Origin: Clostridia bacterium
GTDB taxonomy: Bacteria; Bacillota; Clostridia; Christensenellales; QALW01
Assembly (NCBI GenBank): GCA_045601365.1
Contig: JAZRZN010000096.1
Span: 9,809-73,808, forward strand
Length of the DNA stretch: 64,000 nt
Reading direction: 5' to 3'
The notes beneath the pieces are model-generated. The model was not told where the DNA came from and ran no database searches. It was given only the letters and a program-made list of their open reading frames with translations. Each line of letters begins with the position of its first letter. Within the stretch, counting starts at the first letter, position 1. Positions 28,659 through 37,336 of the stretch are shown in pieces. The position numbers and the translations under genes were made by a program.

Positions 28659-29405
28659 TCATTCTGTCCAGCCGTGAGCTTTAAGTCCCGAAAAGCTCGT
28701 TGCCATTTCTTCAAAGCAGTCTTTATCGACAGCATTGTCCTGTTCGACATAGGCGACCTTTGTTCCGGCTTCACACAATGCCTGCATAATACTGTCAACA
28801 GGAATATTGCCCTTGTATATCGGTACTATGCTCGGACCGTTAAAATCCTTAAGATGTACATATTGAAGCCGCGGCGCGATTTTTTTGATGAGTGCGACCG
28901 TGTCCGCGCCCGTATGCGACGCCCAACCCGTGTCAAGGATAAAGTTCCAATCGGTACGTTCAATAAGCACATCCATCGCGCAATAGCCGCCCTGATCGAA
29001 AAACTCATAGTGATGATTGTGATACCCGAATTTCAATCCGGCATCATTCAGTTTTTTTACCGCGGGTGTAAAATCACGGATCAGCTTTTCCAAATCGAAA
29101 CGCTTTGTACCGTGGTCATAGTACCCTTGCGGGAATCCAATGCCCACCATATCCGCGCCTATGAGCTTATGTTTTTTTATTACCTCGTCGGTATTGTTGA
29201 GTATCTCATCAACGGGAGTGTGCGTAACGCCTATATGTATGCCGATCTCCTCGCTGTATGCGCGAAGCTTTTCGGCATCATACGGAAAGCCGCTGACCTG
29301 CACACTGCCGTATCCGATCTGTTTTAATTTTTTCAAAGTGTCACGTATTCCGTCTTCATTTTCACACATTGTCCTGACAGAATACATTTGCGCTCCGATG
29401 ATCAT
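28659..29405 (-). CDS. Sugar phosphate isomerase/epimerase (xylose-isomerase-like TIM barrel)
   Basis: 248 aa. N-terminus IGAQMYSVR...LKKLKQIGYGSVQV is typical of the family, and internal HNHHYEF matches the metal-site pattern. GGAGG RBS. Confidence 0.8.
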   Translation of the reverse strand: MIIGAQMYSVRTMCENEDGIRDTLKKLKQIGYGSVQVSGFPYDAEKLRAYSEEIGIHIGVTHTPVDEILNNTDEVIKKHKLIGADMVGIGFPQGYYDHGTKRFDLEKLIRDFTPAVKKLNDAGLKFGYHNHHYEFFDQGGYCAMDVLIERTDWNFILDTGWASHTGADTVALIKKIAPRLQYVHLKDFNGPSIVPIYKGNIPVDSIMQALCEAGTKVAYVEQDNAVDKDCFEEMATSFSGLKAHGWTE

Positions 29406-29428
29406 GTTTTACAATTTCCTCCAAACCG

Positions 29429-29596
29429 TTACTGACCTGAACCGACTTGAATGTTTATATCATCCTGAGGTGTCGATGAGCCTTCTTCAAAAGAATCAAT
29501 TGCATCAACAAGATCAATAGGACCGCTTGAAGTGATGATATCAGTATTTTCCAATTTTATTATTTCTACCTCAGGAGCTACGCATAACTTCTTCAT
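29429..29596 (-). CDS. Unannotated 55-codon ORF (acidic peptide), translationally coupled to the 787-aa gene
   Basis: Hand translation gives MKKLCVAPEVEIIKLENTDIITSSGPIDLVDAIDSFEEGSSTPQDDINIQVGSGQ*. The ATG shares its A with the upstream TAA (TAATG). GGGAG lies 9 nt upstream. It fills the otherwise empty 190-nt gap. It is below the 60-aa cutoff of the ORF track. Confidence 0.55.
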   Translation of the reverse strand: MKKLCVAPEVEIIKLENTDIITSSGPIDLVDAIDSFEEGSSTPQDDINIQVGSGQ

Positions 29597-31950
29597 TACT
29601 GATCACTCCCTTTAACCTGCTCCGAATAAGCCTTCGCTGAATCACCGTATGCGGCAAGAGCTATAATGATGTCGCCTACTTTTTCATCATTATATTTTGC
29701 AGCTATATATGCATTGGCGTTGTATTCAACATAATGTTCGTCGATTTTAAGCTTATACACCTTATCAAGGTTATTGTAATAAATACCGTCGGTGTAGATG
29801 TATGTATAATCATCGTCGGGGATTATTTCGGAAGGCTCCACCATAGCTTCGTCTGTATAAAGCTCTGCGCTGTCGGCTTGTTCCGCCATCACCTTAAAGA
29901 ATATCCTTACGGTATCGCCGAGTGAAAGGCTCGCGCCCTTGATAAAATCGCCATGTTCCGCGGTATTCTTTATAATACTTTCCGCAGAAATCGTAACTTC
30001 TTTTGATTTGCATTCGCCTACCCAATCAAGACCAGCTGTTACAAGGTTATCCGTTTCGTACTCCGCAAATTTCTGAGCCTTCGCGCCATATGTGAGCATA
30101 TCGGCAAGAAGCCTGTTAAGTTCATCATCATTCGGGAACAGTTCGTGCAGTTTTTCGCAGTAAGCTTTTACACTGCATGTTTTTTCAAGGTCGTATTCTT
30201 TATCTCCGACACAAAGCACCATTGTGATATCATCGCCCATGCACTGCGGATTTACTTTGTACTCAAAGCAGAAACGCCCACTGCCTTCTTCTTCTGTTCC
30301 TATTACTTCATCCGTATGACCGTTTCTTGTGAGCTTCATTGTAACATTATCAGCCATATATGATTTAGTGAAATCGGTAACGTTAGTAGACATTTTGAAT
30401 GTCAGTGAATTTGATATCTCAAGCTGAACATCTATTGCGCGTCCCTTTTCGATTTTTGTGTTCTTGATTTTTATCTCTTGGATATTACCTTGCTTACCAT
30501 CCGCAAGCGTTCCGGTACACAGATACGTTCCGTCCACTATTTTTTCATTTTTTCCACTCACCCATTCATTGAAGTGCAAAACGCCTACAGCAGTATGCCA
30601 CTTGCCGTCGAGTATAATATTTGTACCCGAAGAATCCATGATATCGCCGACATTAGCGCCTCTTGAGCGGAATCCGGTAAAAGGAGCAGTTCCATCCGTA
30701 ACTTCGACCGCATAATCAAAGCTGAATTTTACCCAACCTGTTCCCTCATTGCCGAGAATTTCTTTCATTTTCTCATAAACAGATGCCGATTTGATGCAGT
30801 TATAACGATCCGTGGAGTTAGTAAAACCGGTAAACGAATAATATGCTTCGTTGCTTTCACTATCGAATTTTACATTTTTAACGACATTTGATTGTTTATC
30901 CCACGAAAGCCCCTCAACATCCTCATCGCCATAAGCTCTTTCAACCACAGTGTTTTTGAATCTTAATTCGTAATTTTGATTGTTCAAATTCGAAGTGTTA
31001 AAACGTGCCCAAGAATCTGCATTTATCTGTTTGTCCTTGTGTGTAGCCGTAGAAGCCGTAAAATTCGTAAAATCGACTACAAATTCGACATGATTCCAAA
31101 CTTCAGTAAATTTAAGATTTCCTGACGTTGGTGATATATCTCCCAACGGTCGGCTGGCGTCCGTGCCATCACGCATTGCAGTAACGCCGGATATCGTTAT
31201 CGGAGTGTCACTTGCTATTCTGAAATCATACGATATTCTTACCTTGCCCGTACCGGTGTCCGGCAAAGCCTTGCTTATAGCGTCATACAACGGCAAGCCC
31301 ATATAATGATTCATTTGCGAACCCGTAAACGCATAACAATATTCATTGGTAAGGTCATCTTTAACTATTGCGCGCGTTACAGTTGAATTATAAGACTTCC
31401 ATTCAAGTCCCTCAACATCGCTCGCGTCAAGAATGCGTTCAACGGTTGCATTTTTTACATCAATACAAAGACCCTCAATGTTGCTTATTGAAGAAAATAC
31501 TACTTTCCACGACGAAGCAAGTTCAAAGTCGCTTTTTGTTACAGTTACAGATGCTTCAAATTGCTGCCAATCACCATTAAATTTCAAGCTGGATTTAAGG
31601 CTGTTGTTTACAGCTCCAACATCGTTTCCACCCGTGTTCCAGCGAAATCTTACATTTGCAGTCACATCAGCTGTTCCGCAATACTCAAATTTTATATTCG
31701 CCGTAACAACATCTCTGTCTTTTAATAATTCTTCGAGCCTACCATTGATTTCCAGAGCAGGTGATGAAGAATTTGCACTGAAACCTGTTGCATGGTAATG
31801 GTCTCCCTCAACTTCAACCTTTGCACCACCAAAAGACTCCCATGGAAGTCCTTCCACTTCCCCGTCCGCCAGGACGTTGAAGCTCATCCCGGCAAAGACC
31901 GAAACGAACATCGCAAGTATCACAAGCCAAGTAAATGCTTTCTTTTTCAT
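29596..31950 (-). CDS. Secreted modular protein: three copies of the ~150-165 aa module plus a ~270-aa C-terminal module
   Basis: Start taken at ATG 31950 (MKKKAFTWLVILAMFVSVFAG), matching the start of the 1769-aa paralogue. Three units begin EGL[PES]W. The C-terminal region is shared with the 1769-aa protein (LLADMLTYGAKAQKF, LSLGDTVRIFFKV, ALAAYGDSAKAY). Confidence 0.85.
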   Translation of the reverse strand: MKKKAFTWLVILAMFVSVFAGMSFNVLADGEVEGLPWESFGGAKVEVEGDHYHATGFSANSSSPALEINGRLEELLKDRDVVTANIKFEYCGTADVTANVRFRWNTGGNDVGAVNNSLKSSLKFNGDWQQFEASVTVTKSDFELASSWKVVFSSISNIEGLCIDVKNATVERILDASDVEGLEWKSYNSTVTRAIVKDDLTNEYCYAFTGSQMNHYMGLPLYDAISKALPDTGTGKVRISYDFRIASDTPITISGVTAMRDGTDASRPLGDISPTSGNLKFTEVWNHVEFVVDFTNFTASTATHKDKQINADSWARFNTSNLNNQNYELRFKNTVVERAYGDEDVEGLSWDKQSNVVKNVKFDSESNEAYYSFTGFTNSTDRYNCIKSASVYEKMKEILGNEGTGWVKFSFDYAVEVTDGTAPFTGFRSRGANVGDIMDSSGTNIILDGKWHTAVGVLHFNEWVSGKNEKIVDGTYLCTGTLADGKQGNIQEIKIKNTKIEKGRAIDVQLEISNSLTFKMSTNVTDFTKSYMADNVTMKLTRNGHTDEVIGTEEEGSGRFCFEYKVNPQCMGDDITMVLCVGDKEYDLEKTCSVKAYCEKLHELFPNDDELNRLLADMLTYGAKAQKFAEYETDNLVTAGLDWVGECKSKEVTISAESIIKNTAEHGDFIKGASLSLGDTVRIFFKVMAEQADSAELYTDEAMVEPSEIIPDDDYTYIYTDGIYYNNLDKVYKLKIDEHYVEYNANAYIAAKYNDEKVGDIIIALAAYGDSAKAYSEQVKGSDQ

Positions 31951-32013
31951 TTTTATCAAAAACTCCTTCTTTATTTTTTAGGGGAAGACGGGCTTCCCCT
32001 GTTTTACAAAGCC

Positions 32014-35000
32014 TTAGTTTTTTGTTATGAGCAACGCCCAATCATTGCTGTCGGGCTTTGCCGTGAATTTATAAGATGATACATTTTCTATCGTCACTGT
32101 GCGCGAATCGTCAAACGCTCCCATGCGTGTATTGAACCAGCGTGCGGTATAAGTTGCATTTACATCAAGACCGCAAACAGTACCGAATTTTGTATTCTCC
32201 CTATAGGAATAGATAACTATCGCATCATCGCTTGCCGCACACGCCGAAAGCGTACCCGTTTCCGGGATGAAATGTGCGTTGCTGTCAAAATCGGGAACGA
32301 GCTTCCACCATTCGATCTGACTGAAGAAATTCTTCATGAATCCGCATTGCGACGATGAGCCTGCATTCACCGTTTCCGACCAATACTTCTGCTTATCGGC
32401 AACGGTTACCGTTGAACGACCGTCTATTCTTACCGACGGTGCATCCATATCGTAATCGGATTTGTAGTACCATATATCCTGACAGCCGTACCCATAGCCG
32501 TAGAAGCCGTTAAGATATGACAGCCAGCCCTGTACGCGTCCACCGAAGTTATCCGTCCAAAGATAAACATATCTGCCTTCGTAGTTTACCGCTATTTTGG
32601 ATGATTCCCAATAATCCTTTGCCATTTCGGTATAAGCCGTTTCGTTGCTCGCAAGATTCGGCTTCCACTGCGCGGCAAACCAATCGTGGCCGGTACGCGC
32701 CGTGACCTCATCCGAAAGGAATATCGACGCGCCGTTGTTGCTTGCATCGGCTACGGTTATGCCGCGTCCGGTAACAGTGGTGTTCGTCGCCCCCTCCTGA
32801 TGTCCTGTGAGCGGATGCGCATATGCATCGTATTTATGAACATATTCCGCTACCTTGAGCCACGGATTATCTGTATGATCCCAATCAGGTTCAGCATCGT
32901 TTTCGGCATAGCAGTCGTTATCGACCTCCTGCGCAAGCGTCCACATTACGGGATATGCGCCGAAGCGCGCCACCCAATAACGGGAGATCTTTTCAAGATA
33001 TGCCTCGTTCTGTGCAAGCTCCGCTGTGAGATTGTTTACAAAGAACAGCATCGCATTTGCGTGAACCATGCCCTTTTCGGCAATATACGCAAAATAATTA
33101 TCCGCTTCCTGCAAGCCTTCAAGATCGTACATATCAAAGCTTGCATCGTAAAGCCTGAATTTTCCGCCGAGAGGCTCACTCTGGTATACCGTAAAGCCCT
33201 GTGAAACGCGTCTGTCAACTATATATTTGAAATGTGAATCCGTATCAAGCGTTCCTGCATGATCGCCTGCGGAATCGAATTCCTCCGAAAGCATCGTCCA
33301 ATGCGTATCACCGAGGTAGAAGAACGGTGTTCCGTCGGCGTATGTGAAATACTTCTGCCCGTATGATGATGTAACGAAGCCGTGTTTATATATATCAAGA
33401 TTACCGGTGTACTCCGTTGCACCGACAGTGCCTGTAAGCCCGTCAAGCGTTTCATCCTGCGGACACTTGGTCATGTATTCCCACACGCCCTTTTCCGTAG
33501 GAGCGAAACGGACACACCAAACGTTATCACCGTTCCAGAATGCAGGAATGGTAAGCGTTGTGCCTGTAACCTTATTCGTAAATACGACATCCTGCATAAC
33601 ATCAAACGCTTTTTCCGGCGAAGCATACGATTTTCCGCTTACAAACGTTATTTCAGTCGCTTTCCACGTCTGTGCCATAAGGTTCACCGTGATTTCATCG
33701 GGTTCATAATCAGCCGCCGAACGTGCATAGTTGTAAAGTGCCTTTGCAAGTGCGTTGCTTGCGCCCTTGCGGCTTATATAATCGTAAGCACTGTAGGTAA
33801 CATAGCTTCCGTCGGCAAGCTCAAGCGTGTACTTATCCGCAAGCTGTGATATCGGGATATCACTGCTGTATACGCGAGTGTACTGCCCGTCATCCGCAAC
33901 GGTGTAAGGAACAAGAGTGCCGTTCTTGTACAATCCCGAAACAGCCGTGCCGTTCTTTACCTTGAACAGCAATCTTACCGTATCGCCAAGCTCAAGTGAT
34001 GCGCTGTAGATATCGCCGTGAGCCGATGTATCGGCTGTATATGCCGGAGCATTATACACAGCTGTCTTATTTGCTTCTACCCATGCCGCCGCGCTTGTAA
34101 CAAGCTCACTGCGTCCGACATATTTTTGCGCTTCCGCACCGTAAACAAGCATATCCGAAAGCAGCTTTATGAATGCGCTGTCACTGCTGTACTTTTGATA
34201 CATGGCATCGCAATACTCAAGCACGCTGTATTCGCATGAAGTAAACCTATATCCGTTCACATACAACTCCGCGGTAACGGTATCGCCCATGTGCTGAGGA
34301 TAGATATCCTCGCAGGTGAGCTTTGCAAGCTTTTTGATCTCGCCGGAAATGATAACATTACCTGCTTCCGCAGTTTCGTCAGCCGTAAGTTCCGTTCCGT
34401 TGCGGAAGAATTTCATTGAAAGCGTTGCATATTCTGCGGCATCCGCATAGAAGTTCATCGCTATGGATGAGCCTATTTCAAGGTTTGCACCCCTTAACCC
34501 GAACGGCTCTGTATGAACGCCCTTTATGTCAAATGATTCGACATACTGATTTATCGTACCGCTTTCGGTAAATAATCCGCTTAAGCACAAGCCCCATTTT
34601 GTCATTCCGCCTGAAAACTCGTCGTCGGAAAGCGGAATGATTATCTCCGCTGTATGCCAATCATCATCCTCGAACGGACGGTTGTGCATCTGATACTCAT
34701 TATTGAGTAATATGTTTCCGCTGTCGTTGCGGAACATATTGCCCGAGTACGACGCAAAGTCGCTTGCGGCGGCTCTTATTATCGCAGAACCGACAGAGCC
34801 CGTTTTAATAATGTTAGCTCTGTAATCGAATGTAACACGCGCCGCGCTCGCCCCGGATGCATACATCTCCTGCATTGCAGGAAGAATATCGCACTGCGGG
34901 AACGTATAGCTTGCAGTAACGTCGGTCACATGATAGTACACATCATGGTTTGCATCGCTCTCTACGGTCAATTGTTCACCGTGACCCGATGACTGCCACT

Positions 35001-37323
35001 TTAAGCCGTCGATAAGCTCATCGGTATTATAATTCGTTATCGTGGCATCCTTAAAACGCACTTCGGCGATCGAAGAAGCGTTTGTTATTGTACCGAAGCA
35101 GATATATTCCTTGTCGTTTATCGCTTCGGTTTTATCCGAAAATACCCAATTTTCGATATCGAGGACTGCAACCGCTTCATGCCAAATGCCGTCAAGCTTC
35201 AAGCCTTTGATATCACCCATGCGGTTTATTCCCGCACTGTCGCCGTCGCGGCGTGAACGGAAGCCGTTGCAGGAAGGTACATCCGCAGAATCGGTCTTTG
35301 GAATAACGCAGTATGCCAGCTTGATGTAGACCGTACCTGTTCCGCTGTCGCCTACTACATCCTTTATTGCATCATACATATAAAGCGACGCCGAGTAATA
35401 CTGACCGATATTTGTAAACGAATAACATACATCCCCGGTTATATCGTCGATTTTGATCTCCCGTGCCGTGCCGCTCGCGCTTTTGGATACCTGCCATTCA
35501 AGTCCGTTGACATCGCTTTCCGAAAGGATCTTTCTGACCGATGTATCCTTAAAATATACCGCCTGCAAGGATGCGGCATTAGTTATTGTGCCGAAGCAAA
35601 GATATTCTTTTTCGCCTATAGCCTCGCTTCTGCCCTGCACTACCCAATTATTGAGCTTGAATACCGCCGTTGCCGTATGCCATGCGCCGTCAAATTTAAC
35701 ACCGCCGATATCTCCCATACGGTTAAGCCCGCTCGAATCGTTATCGCGTCTTGCGCGGAAGCTGTTGCATGTAGGTGCAGCCGAATCCGCCTTGACCGTT
35801 CCGCGATATTTGAAGCTTATCTCGACCGCGCCCGTGCCGTTTTCGCCGAGTGCATCCTTGATGGCATCATATACATATAAGCCCGCAGAAGAATACTGTC
35901 CGATCGGTGAGAACGAATAGCACGCTTCGCCCGTAAGCTCGTCGCGGGCAACGGTTCTTACCGTAGAGCCGGTAGTTGATTTCCACTCAAGCCCGTTGAT
36001 ATCCGCCTCTGTATACGCTTTGGTTATCGCAGTGTCCTTGAAGCGAACCTCGGTCAGCGACGAAGCATTAGTTACCGTGCCGAAGCAAAGGAACTCTTTT
36101 TCGTTTATCGCTTCGCTTTTACCGCTTACCACCCAATTTTCGATATCAAAAGTCTTTGATACGGTATGCCAATCGCCATCGAATTTAACACCGCTTATAT
36201 CGCCTAAGCGGTTTGCGCCCGCGCCGTCGTTATCACGGCGCGCACGGAAGCTGTTGCATGTAGGCGTAGCCGCATTCGGATCAACGATACCGCGATATGT
36301 AACGCTGATAACAAATCTGCCGGTGCCGTCTTCTCCCACGGCATCCTTTATCGCATCAAAGAGATAAAGTCCTGCCGAATAATACTGCCCGACGGGTGAA
36401 AACGAATAACACTTATCACCTGTTTTTTCATCAACAACGATGCTTTTTACCGAATTACCGCCTATTGCCGAATGCCATACAAGACCGTTTACCTCGGTTG
36501 TGAACTCAGCTACGGCATCAAGCTTACCGCCTGTTATCGGCAATGCTTCCTGCGCATTTGTCGAAAACAGCTCGCCGTCTATGTACCAGCCCGCGAAACT
36601 GCAACCGATGTTCGGTGTAGCTGTAACAAATATCACTTCGCGATCTGCCTTTACATATTCGATGTTCTCCGAAGCGCTTACCGTACCTCGATCAGCCTTA
36701 TTTGCCCGTATGCTCAAATCTGCATATTCAAATATTTCTCCATTTGAACCGATACCTTTGTTCTCAATTGAGAACGATGTTGCCATATCGACATCTTCTA
36801 TTATAAGCTTTGCCGTCGTATCGGCCGTATAAGTTGCGCCGACCTTATAGAAGAAGCCGCCGTCGGCAACCCTGATAGTCCACTCACCGGTTCCCCATGT
36901 ATTGTTATACTCCGCAGGGATATTCGTAAAATTGAATTTTACGGTCTGCCCTGCCGGGACATCAAGGTGCTTCAATATTCCTCCTATTTCGTTATGCGCC
37001 CAACCGTAAACCTGCGTTCCCTCATTGAACGCCCAACCGATGCAAAGCTGAAGCTTCACCTTGACATCGAAATCGTTGGGATTTGTAATTGCGACCGTAT
37101 CACTGTAGGTCGTTCCGCCTGCATTGATCGTAGGCTTTTGAAGCTTAAGAACGGAAACGCTTTTGTAATTGCCCGCGCTTGAATAGATATCACTTCCCGA
37201 AACGATATCAAACATATACGCGACTCTTTGCGCACCGTCTGCCGATACCGTGAGATTCACTCCGGCAAAAACCGAAACGAACATCGCCAATATCAAAAGC
37301 CATGTAAATGCTCTCTTTTTCAT
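32014..37323 (-). CDS. 1769-aa secreted multidomain enzyme: N-terminal region, InlB-B-repeat-like segment, four module repeats, shared ~270-aa module, C-terminal DUF5060+DUF4038 (GH140-like) domain
   Basis: Signal peptide MKKRAFTWLLILAMFVSVFAG. ATPNIGCSFAGWYIDGELFS resembles a Listeria-Bacteroides repeat. Four repeats begin GL[VEK]W. The C-terminal ~560 aa carry LTIPAFWNGDNVWCVRFAP, LDIYKHGFV, ADGTPFFYLGDTHWT, SHFKYIVDRRVSQGFTVYQSEP, YPVMWTLAQEVDND and HPLTGH. Confidence 0.85.
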   Translation of the reverse strand: MKKRAFTWLLILAMFVSVFAGVNLTVSADGAQRVAYMFDIVSGSDIYSSAGNYKSVSVLKLQKPTINAGGTTYSDTVAITNPNDFDVKVKLQLCIGWAFNEGTQVYGWAHNEIGGILKHLDVPAGQTVKFNFTNIPAEYNNTWGTGEWTIRVADGGFFYKVGATYTADTTAKLIIEDVDMATSFSIENKGIGSNGEIFEYADLSIRANKADRGTVSASENIEYVKADREVIFVTATPNIGCSFAGWYIDGELFSTNAQEALPITGGKLDAVAEFTTEVNGLVWHSAIGGNSVKSIVVDEKTGDKCYSFSPVGQYYSAGLYLFDAIKDAVGEDGTGRFVISVTYRGIVDPNAATPTCNSFRARRDNDGAGANRLGDISGVKFDGDWHTVSKTFDIENWVVSGKSEAINEKEFLCFGTVTNASSLTEVRFKDTAITKAYTEADINGLEWKSTTGSTVRTVARDELTGEACYSFSPIGQYSSAGLYVYDAIKDALGENGTGAVEISFKYRGTVKADSAAPTCNSFRARRDNDSSGLNRMGDIGGVKFDGAWHTATAVFKLNNWVVQGRSEAIGEKEYLCFGTITNAASLQAVYFKDTSVRKILSESDVNGLEWQVSKSASGTAREIKIDDITGDVCYSFTNIGQYYSASLYMYDAIKDVVGDSGTGTVYIKLAYCVIPKTDSADVPSCNGFRSRRDGDSAGINRMGDIKGLKLDGIWHEAVAVLDIENWVFSDKTEAINDKEYICFGTITNASSIAEVRFKDATITNYNTDELIDGLKWQSSGHGEQLTVESDANHDVYYHVTDVTASYTFPQCDILPAMQEMYASGASAARVTFDYRANIIKTGSVGSAIIRAAASDFASYSGNMFRNDSGNILLNNEYQMHNRPFEDDDWHTAEIIIPLSDDEFSGGMTKWGLCLSGLFTESGTINQYVESFDIKGVHTEPFGLRGANLEIGSSIAMNFYADAAEYATLSMKFFRNGTELTADETAEAGNVIISGEIKKLAKLTCEDIYPQHMGDTVTAELYVNGYRFTSCEYSVLEYCDAMYQKYSSDSAFIKLLSDMLVYGAEAQKYVGRSELVTSAAAWVEANKTAVYNAPAYTADTSAHGDIYSASLELGDTVRLLFKVKNGTAVSGLYKNGTLVPYTVADDGQYTRVYSSDIPISQLADKYTLELADGSYVTYSAYDYISRKGASNALAKALYNYARSAADYEPDEITVNLMAQTWKATEITFVSGKSYASPEKAFDVMQDVVFTNKVTGTTLTIPAFWNGDNVWCVRFAPTEKGVWEYMTKCPQDETLDGLTGTVGATEYTGNLDIYKHGFVTSSYGQKYFTYADGTPFFYLGDTHWTMLSEEFDSAGDHAGTLDTDSHFKYIVDRRVSQGFTVYQSEPLGGKFRLYDASFDMYDLEGLQEADNYFAYIAEKGMVHANAMLFFVNNLTAELAQNEAYLEKISRYWVARFGAYPVMWTLAQEVDNDCYAENDAEPDWDHTDNPWLKVAEYVHKYDAYAHPLTGHQEGATNTTVTGRGITVADASNNGASIFLSDEVTARTGHDWFAAQWKPNLASNETAYTEMAKDYWESSKIAVNYEGRYVYLWTDNFGGRVQGWLSYLNGFYGYGYGCQDIWYYKSDYDMDAPSVRIDGRSTVTVADKQKYWSETVNAGSSSQCGFMKNFFSQIEWWKLVPDFDSNAHFIPETGTLSACAASDDAIVIYSYRENTKFGTVCGLDVNATYTARWFNTRMGAFDDSRTVTIENVSSYKFTAKPDSNDWALLITKN
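34511..36490 (-). repeat. Four tandem coding repeats (~486-498 bp period) inside the 1769-aa gene
   Basis: Repeat starts GLVWH (~36490), GLEWK (~35995), GLEWQ (~35507) and GLKWQ (~35013). The first three share CYSF[ST]..GQY.SA.LY.YDAIKD..G..GTG, CN[SG]FR[AS]RRD.D..G.NR.GDI.G.K.DG.WH and E.[FLI]CFGT[VI]TNA[AS]S. The fourth is divergent. Confidence 0.85.
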
Positions 37324-37336
37324 TTTTTCCTCCCCT

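Noticed and set aside
31981-31999. Hairpin GGGGAAG-ACGGG-CTTCCCC between the 1769-aa and 787-aa genes as a terminator
   Set aside because: On the coding (minus) strand it is followed by an A-run, not a T-run. The downstream gene's RBS follows immediately. It is more likely an mRNA-stabilising or processing structure, or a coincidence, and the support is too weak to list it as a feature.
23613-37323. Regularly spaced repeats as a possible CRISPR array or DGR variable region
   Set aside because: The repeat units are 441-498 bp, in frame and protein-coding. There are no short repeats alternating with unique spacers, no cas genes, no reverse transcriptase and no template repeat. These are tandem protein modules.
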